A stretch of 63,553 bases of DNA, the filler included, from Licmophora abbreviata (lineage: Eukaryota), in NCBI GenBank assembly GCA_900291995.1. It is 8 parts of 8 records of this genome, joined end to end, with 100 filler letters (N's around TTAATTAATTAA, not from the genome) between each part and the next. Parts side by side here need not be neighbours in the genome. Positions count along the whole stretch, not along the records: positions 41,073 to 63,553 come from OLMU01000062.1; 7 more parts are not named here. One strand, written 5' to 3'. This document shows positions 58,901 to 63,553 of the stretch, piece by piece. The position numbers and the translations under genes were made by a program. The notes under the pieces were generated by a model. It was not told the origin of the DNA and ran no database searches. It worked only from the letters and a program-made list of their open reading frames with translations. Numbering within the stretch: the stretch's first letter is position 1; every line of letters begins with the position of its first letter.

Positions 58901-59643
58901 TTCTAGCTTCTCAATGACAAGAGACAGGAGTGCCTATGGTCGAACAGGTAGAAATGCTCTGTGAGATATCACGCTGATCGACACACCAGGTTAAGTCAAA
59001 AGTCCAGTCTCTATTGTATGGTATTCACCTTTCCGCAACCCAAGCCGCCAAGAAGAGAAACCTCTGCGATTCGAGGCCAGACAATGCCCTCGTTCCAGGG
59101 GTCCCCGCAGCGAACAGTGTTCTGCAATGCCGCTGCCAGTGCGCCGTCTTCGTCGTATCGGCGTTCTCCCGATGACATAGCTTTGGCAAGATCTCGCTGG
59201 TCGTAGGAGAACGCCGAATCATGCATCGAATCCCAACGAAAAGTCTTTTGCCAGTTTGTAAAGGTCGTCACGGTAATAAATCCCTGCAGCATCCCCTGCT
59301 TCCACTTGCTGTCCGAGGGAGACTTTTGAATAGTGGGGACAGATTCAGTTCTGACAAAGTAACCAAAGATGGGATCGTCGACATCGAGCCGATCAGCAAT
59401 GTACTCTAAACTTAGAGGCTTTGATGGCTTCTTTCCAGTCATCTTGTCATGGGAAAGCCGGCGCATCGCTTCCTTGCAGAGTAAAACCATTTCTGCCATG
59501 GCATCGTTGAAATGATCCCGATCTGTCACCTCTTGCAGAGAGGAACCCTGCAAGTCCTTGGCACACTTTGGAACCTCCTTAACGCTGTACGTAGGCTGCT
59601 TCAACGGTTTCCCCTTGAAGCGCTGAGCATTCAAACCGTTCAT
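55908..59643 (-). CDS. multidomain chromatin protein: GNAT acetyltransferase + 2 LysM-like + HMG box + multiple AT-hooks; intron 59028-58934; apparent frameshift at 57367-57370
   Basis: LGGLGCGK|ALL...LVLQATDNSIPFYESMGF; ETPKLIANMYNVSCAELVRAN; PKRALSGYMIF...KLWHEL...KAKY; repeated RGRPRK. Confidence 0.8.
57095..57287. repeat. 87-bp tandem repeat (about 2.2 copies) encoding AT-hook units
   Basis: ggacgaccacgcttgcgctt recurs at 57181 and 57268; the unit is KRKRGRPRKHPLPTDV...PPSNVPPL. Confidence 0.9.
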
Positions 59644-60223
59644 TGTTCACTGTAGAGAGGATATCAGCACGGTCGTGCCCGCTGCCGTGAACCAAAGAAA
59701 TGACAATAGCTGAATTCGGGGTTTCACTCCAAGACCCAGTTTTGCGATCTTCCAGCGATCAACTGTATCTCAGACTTTGACAAAATAACTCAAATAGGTC
59801 TATACATGCACCTGTAAACCTGATTAACACGGTTTGGCACATGCAAACATGACCGTGTGGTCAACTCTTCGCCACTCTGCTGGCACTCGCCGCCGTCGTC
59901 GCGTCAACGCGTGTTGATGTGACTGCCAATCCGTGATTTCAGCGTGACTGTCGGTACATTTTCTACAACAAAAAAGCAAAAAGGGAGCAAGCCTCTAATT
60001 TTCGAATCGAAGGTTTATATACCTATTCAACAGCGTATAAGTATATACTTTTCCCGCGTTTTTTCTTTCGATGTTTTTCAAACGCGTCTCCGCGCGACAA
60101 CCCTATCGCTTCGGTTGGTATGATACCGGGTACCCGATATGATAGGCCCAACAGGCGTGGGCTTTCTAGATAAAGTTGATCGCCTTTCATGTCCATAACG
60201 TCAATACAATTGATCAACCTACC

Positions 60224-61809
60224 TCAACCAAGATCTTCATTACAATCTGAAATACTGTCGTCGCTCTCTTCCATTTCTTCTTCATCCATCGTCTTGACTT
60301 CGCCGACCTGCCCAATGGCAGTGGTATCATCCACCATAGCATCTTCCGTAGCACCCATTCTCTTCTCAGGTCTCCCATCCACCGAGTCCTGCACAATCAA
60401 ATACTCTTGTCTCGAAGCGTTGCACATCTGTGGACAGACGTACACAGCAATCGCGCCCCAGTTCATGCCGCCCTCGTCGAAAGCTCGCTTCATGGCGTCA
60501 TCTGCTACCTTCGTCTCTGACTTGCCTGTCGTTTTCTTTCTTGACGCTGTATTTTCATCAACATCCAATACATGCAACAGAGACGGCATCAGTTGGAAAG
60601 CAAAGATTCGTTTCTCGCCGCACGAGCATGCAGGTATCCGCATCTCAATTGGTCTTCGTTGAGATTGCATCGACTTCTTCTTCTTCGATCGATCACCTCT
60701 TTTCTTGACATACTCTTTCGGTAGTGGACTGCAGGGCAAGAAAATGATTCGTATGAGATACCGTTTTGAATAGGCATTGCCCACGACACTTTCGGCGGAA
60801 GATTACGTCGTACGTACATGGACCACAAGGGGGCGCCGCCTTTGGCGTAGCGGACAACCTGTCTCGGTTCCCTTTTGACTCGGTCGGTGAATGTAAGTAT
60901 CGTCCGATCCTCTGCACTCAGACGCTCATCTTTCTCCTTCCTGCCACCACCAGACGCTTCCGTCCCTTCGGTAGGACCAGCCGAGCCTCGCAACGCGGCC
61001 AGGATCTCCTCGTCATCCTCCTCGGCCATGTATCGAGCAAGCATCTGCTGTATCTTGTCGTCGCTACTGCTCCCCATTCCAACATCGTCGTCGTCCATCC
61101 CACTCGCTCGTTTTGCGGTTGGTTCCGGCTGGCTGTGGATCTCGAAGCACGGGAAGTTGGCTGTCGCATCTGACCTTGTTGCAGCATGCCTACCTGTGTC
61201 AGTTCTTCGGATGAGAGGGGGGCAGACTAGTTTCTTTCTTGGCTCTAGACCTTTGACCTCCATGGCAGCAACCATAGCTGCGACATCATCCATACCACCT
61301 ACTTCGGTATCTTCCATGGCCCAGTCGTTGGTAGCGGCATCCTCGCTTGGATTGGCTTGGCCTTCTGTGCCCCAAGGCGATTCGACAGGTGGCGAAATTG
61401 GCCCCGTTACTTTCGGCGCAAAGCCTGACTTCTCCTCAAGACGAGGTTGGTGAGAGCGTCGGCATATAAAAACTCCGTTTCCTCCTTGTGAAAATGTGTT
61501 TTCGCCTTCATTGAAGATACCCGAACAGCAGCTTGCCTTGTTGCATCCAAACACGTACAGCGCCCCCTCGTTCCCCGAGGAAGAGGATGACAGTTGCACG
61601 AGAAGACACATTTCATCCCCACAAGTTGAGCACACTGGTGATTCTTTCTCTACCAGCTCATCTCCTGGAAAGTATGAGGCTGCCCCTCCCACATGAGAAA
61701 AGGCAGGATCACGTGATGCATTCGTTCGGGCCTCGGGCGAATACAGAATGGGTAAGTAGAGACGAACTTGATCTCCATTCTCGTTGCAGTCTTCGCCGTC
61801 TGACCACAT
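60224..61809 (-). CDS. PDCD2/PDCD2L (Tsr4-like) protein; intron 60817-60729
   Basis: SHVGG, CSTCG...LLVQL, LYVFGC, PRQVVRYAKGGAPLWS, CSCGEKRIFAFQLMPSLL, MNWGAIAVYVC. Confidence 0.88.
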
Positions 61810-62411
61810 TGTATCAAAGATAAGGGGTGTTAGCGCACTATGCAGACGCACAAGTAGCAAAAGATGTGGTGCGATCTCTTTGATGGGTTGGTATGACAGA
61901 GGTGTCGGCGGAGAAACATCAAAAGAGACACAAGAAAACTTCTTTTCTTCTTTTCGAATCTGTTATTTTGTTATTTTGTGGCCAAGATGGCGTTTGGTTG
62001 TTTCCGTCCGTCAACAGAATAGTCAGTCTAGTAGTGTAGGCCAAATGCCATACGGCCTTGAGCATACCAATTTTTTAAAATGCAATTGTCATCTAAGTCA
62101 TTGTATTTAAAGACTTTTTAGATAGCTACCGTCATTAAGAAGCAGTTGTCCGTTGCACAGAGCGCAAGCCTCGGAACTAAAACTCCAGGTCCGAAGAGAG
62201 TTCTTCTCCTCTTTCCAAAATCTGAAATCGTGGGTAAATTTTTCGAAGTGTGACTTCCTCGCGATCACATCTTTGTCTCACCCGAAGCTCACACATTCTC
62301 GTGTGATGAGTTTTATGTCTTTTGTTCGCGGAAGTTGTTTCATCGACACGCCCGTTCACTCACTTGAACTATCCTCTCACCGTCGTCTGTAAAATACTCT
62401 ACACCACGACG

Positions 62412-63170
62412 ATGAGATTCGGGCGTCGGCGCAGTCCACAGGTATCAACCATAGCTGTCTCACCCCCTCCGGAGGAGCCTGTCACGCCAGCGAAACCACT
62501 AAAATCGATGAGTCCACAGCGGAAGCCAACTGCACGAGGCGGGTATACGGTAGATACCGTACCCATGGAGGAGTGTGAGAAGCGTGAGCTGTTTATGATG
62601 CAGCTCCGCGATATTTCGACCAAACACGTTGACAAGACTTCACAGGAAAGCCGCGCGAGTGTCCTTCACTCGGAGCCCTCCTTGGACTCTGCTCAGATTC
62701 CTTCTCAGGTGTCATTGAAGAAAAGTCAAACAGGTCCGGCTTCTTCCCCGTCGCAGCCTTCCAAGGAGGTAGCTGGCACGGAAAGCGACGAAGCTCCCCT
62801 GACTTATTTTGCAAATCACGTTCGTCACGTGGTCTGCTCGGACCTGTTGTGCGGGCTGCGCGACTTGTCCTCGGAACAGGAACGTCCACCGGAGCCTCCA
62901 TTGGAAAAGAAGTCCGGTACCCGCGTGGTACATGTCATGATTCCAAAAACGATCGACTTGGAGCCAGTTCGCGTGAGCAGTCTGGGCGGAGAAGATTCAC
63001 TGGCCAAGAACATGCGGCTTCTTGCAGAGCTTGACGAACCAGACGACAAATGTCATCTCAATCCTCTCTCAGACAAGCTTGACGTTGCTGTCGACCCATT
63101 CGAGGCAGAAAAGCATGAATCCAACATGTCTGACACTGATGTTTTCGAGGACATCACCACGGACCAGTAA
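62412..63170 (+). CDS. hypothetical low-complexity protein
   Basis: 252-aa ORF from ATG 62412; Ser/Pro/Glu-rich; no family recognised. Confidence 0.55.
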   Translation: MRFGRRRSPQVSTIAVSPPPEEPVTPAKPLKSMSPQRKPTARGGYTVDTVPMEECEKRELFMMQLRDISTKHVDKTSQESRASVLHSEPSLDSAQIPSQVSLKKSQTGPASSPSQPSKEVAGTESDEAPLTYFANHVRHVVCSDLLCGLRDLSSEQERPPEPPLEKKSGTRVVHVMIPKTIDLEPVRVSSLGGEDSLAKNMRLLAELDEPDDKCHLNPLSDKLDVAVDPFEAEKHESNMSDTDVFEDITTDQ

Positions 63171-63384
63171 ACCCCTTTTCTCATGCATCATACAGGAGTC
63201 CTTCCAGGATCGCAAGGTGGTTGGAAGTCAATCTACATCCGAAACTAGTTATGCAGACGATCTGCCCGTTGGTGGATGTGCGGGCTACTAGATTCTTTAT
63301 TTTCAGTACCATGTCTATCTATTGCTCTAGCCGTCGCAGGTGTTATTATTCAACTATACTGTGCCGTAACGGGTACAGGTATGT

Positions 63385-63492
63385 CTACGCTGAGCCTGTA
63401 AGCTTGCCTACAAGAAGCTGGCCAAACGAACTATCCAGAACCGCCGAGGTAACAATGACCGTAAGAAGAACCCCTAAAATGTCCATCACGAC
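63385..63492 (-). CDS. probable last exon of a membrane transporter (MgtE-like C-terminus)
   Basis: AG acceptor, then VVMDILGVLLTVIVTSAVLDSSFGQLLVGKLTGSA*; resembles the MgtE terminal helix. Confidence 0.45.
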   Translation of the reverse strand, partial: VVMDILGVLLTVIVTSAVLDSSFGQLLVGKLTGSA

Positions 63493-63553
63493 CTTTCCAG
63501 CACAAGAAAACATTCGTTATGAGTGGACACACAGGCAGCATATCAATACCAAC

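Noticed and set aside
60101..60165. Nested short inverted repeats (cctatc/gatagg, cgggtacccg, gccca/tgggc) downstream of PDCD2L
   Set aside because: Short stems with no tRNA, snoRNA or SECIS signature; cannot be told from chance.

Overview
This is a gene-dense eukaryotic scaffold, most likely from a diatom: it has short GT-AG introns, several bipartite ASAFAP-type plastid presequences and a diatom-specific-type cyclin. It holds about 40 protein-coding genes, mostly housekeeping (RPN3, RPL5, BMS1, NOC2, ARL1, LSM7, LSM12, TRM2, PFDN6, Mn-SOD, CGFS glutaredoxin). There are seven 100-nt assembly gaps carrying a TTAATTAATTAA spacer, and four single-base homopolymer frameshifts that look like sequencing errors. 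Main highlights: (1) a DCC1/DUF393-type thiol-disulfide oxidoreductase missed by the ORF track, in which the second Cys of the DxxCxxC motif is an in-frame TGA (DGACGV-U), with a SECIS-like hairpin just after the stop, i.e. a candidate selenoprotein; (2) about 2.3 kb away, a SECIS-binding protein 2 with four U2AF65-UHM-like domains inserted between its SID and L7Ae regions; (3) a nuclear-encoded tyrosine recombinase with a full catalytic set and a probable plastid-targeting presequence; (4) a GNAT + LysM-like x2 + HMG + AT-hook chromatin protein. All family assignments come from motif recognition by eye; no database searches were run.
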